From positions 26,908,001 to 26,972,000 of the forward strand of contig NC_082722.1 in assembly GCF_030144855.1 (NCBI RefSeq): DNA of 64,000 bases, given 5' to 3'. The stretch comes from Hypanus sabinus (taxonomy: Eukaryota). This document shows positions 63,501 to 64,000 of the stretch, piece by piece. Made by a program: the position numbers and the translations under genes. The first letter of the stretch is position 1; each line of letters opens with the position of its first letter. The notes beneath the pieces were generated by a model, which worked only from the letters and a program-made list of their open reading frames with translations, was not told the DNA's origin and did not search any database.

Positions 63501-63830
63501 CTGTTTCGCTCTCCGCTGACGCTCCATGTTTCCTCTACTTTTGCGCAGCGGGTTCTGTTGCTGTTGTCTAGACGTTACTATGCTGTCTAACCTGATATTC
63601 ATTCCTATGATCTTGTGTTACTTCATTCATGTCTTTGAAAACATAGTGAGAAGATCGGGTCCAAGACCAAAGGGATTTCACCATGTTGTGTGCTCCTTCC
63701 TCCCTGCTCTCAGCGGCAGCAATCGAAGCAATTCTCCGTCAGGCACAGCACGTTACCTTTAGCTCCCAGTGTTGCCATTTTCCGATAATGTCGAATACAT
63801 TCTCAAAGGACTGATAAAAGAACATTCATA
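60520..63830 (+). repeat. Upstream flank of G3 (copy U4), co-linear with 15.68-19.0 kb
   Basis: Continuous alignment with the G1 upstream region, including the old CR1 remnant and the flank block. Confidence 0.9.
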
Positions 63831-64000
63831 TCAGTTACCCAAGGATTTCTGGAGATACTGGAATTTAGAGCAAATTCAGCAGACCAGTAACGACTATGTA
63901 AATTAATGAACAGTCAACGTTTCTCTCCGAGTCCCTTCATTAGGACTAGAAAGGATGGTGGAATATGCAAGAATAAAAAGACGGTGAGATGAAGGACAAA

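Noticed and set aside
1-64000. CRISPR arrays, rRNA, tRNA genes, operons
   Set aside because: Eukaryotic intron- and retroelement-rich DNA. No such structures were seen; the only tRNA-related sequences are a SINE head and a PBS.

Overview
Repeat-rich vertebrate genomic DNA, not prokaryotic. The CR1, Penelope, Rex/Babar and Gypsy repeat content points to a cartilaginous fish, probably a ray; this is an inference from repeat sequence style. The non-repeat content is a tandem and inverted cluster of non-rearranging antigen-receptor-like IgSF genes. The architecture is leader - short intron - germline-joined VJ exon (YYC...GNGSGSQLIV) - C1-set exon - TM exon - cytoplasmic exon(s). Four copies are visible. 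G0 (+, 2.4-3.3 kb) shows only TM and tail, next to an assembly gap. G1 (-, 14.3-14.7 kb) shows leader and a broken V. G2 (-, 33-36.6 kb) shows a decayed C1, TM and tail. G3 (-, 50.5-58.8 kb) has a complete exon set but ATG>ATA and a V frameshift. A shared flank block occurs five times and a second gene-like block three times. All exon calls were made by eye from splice signals, phase and paralog alignment; no database search was possible.
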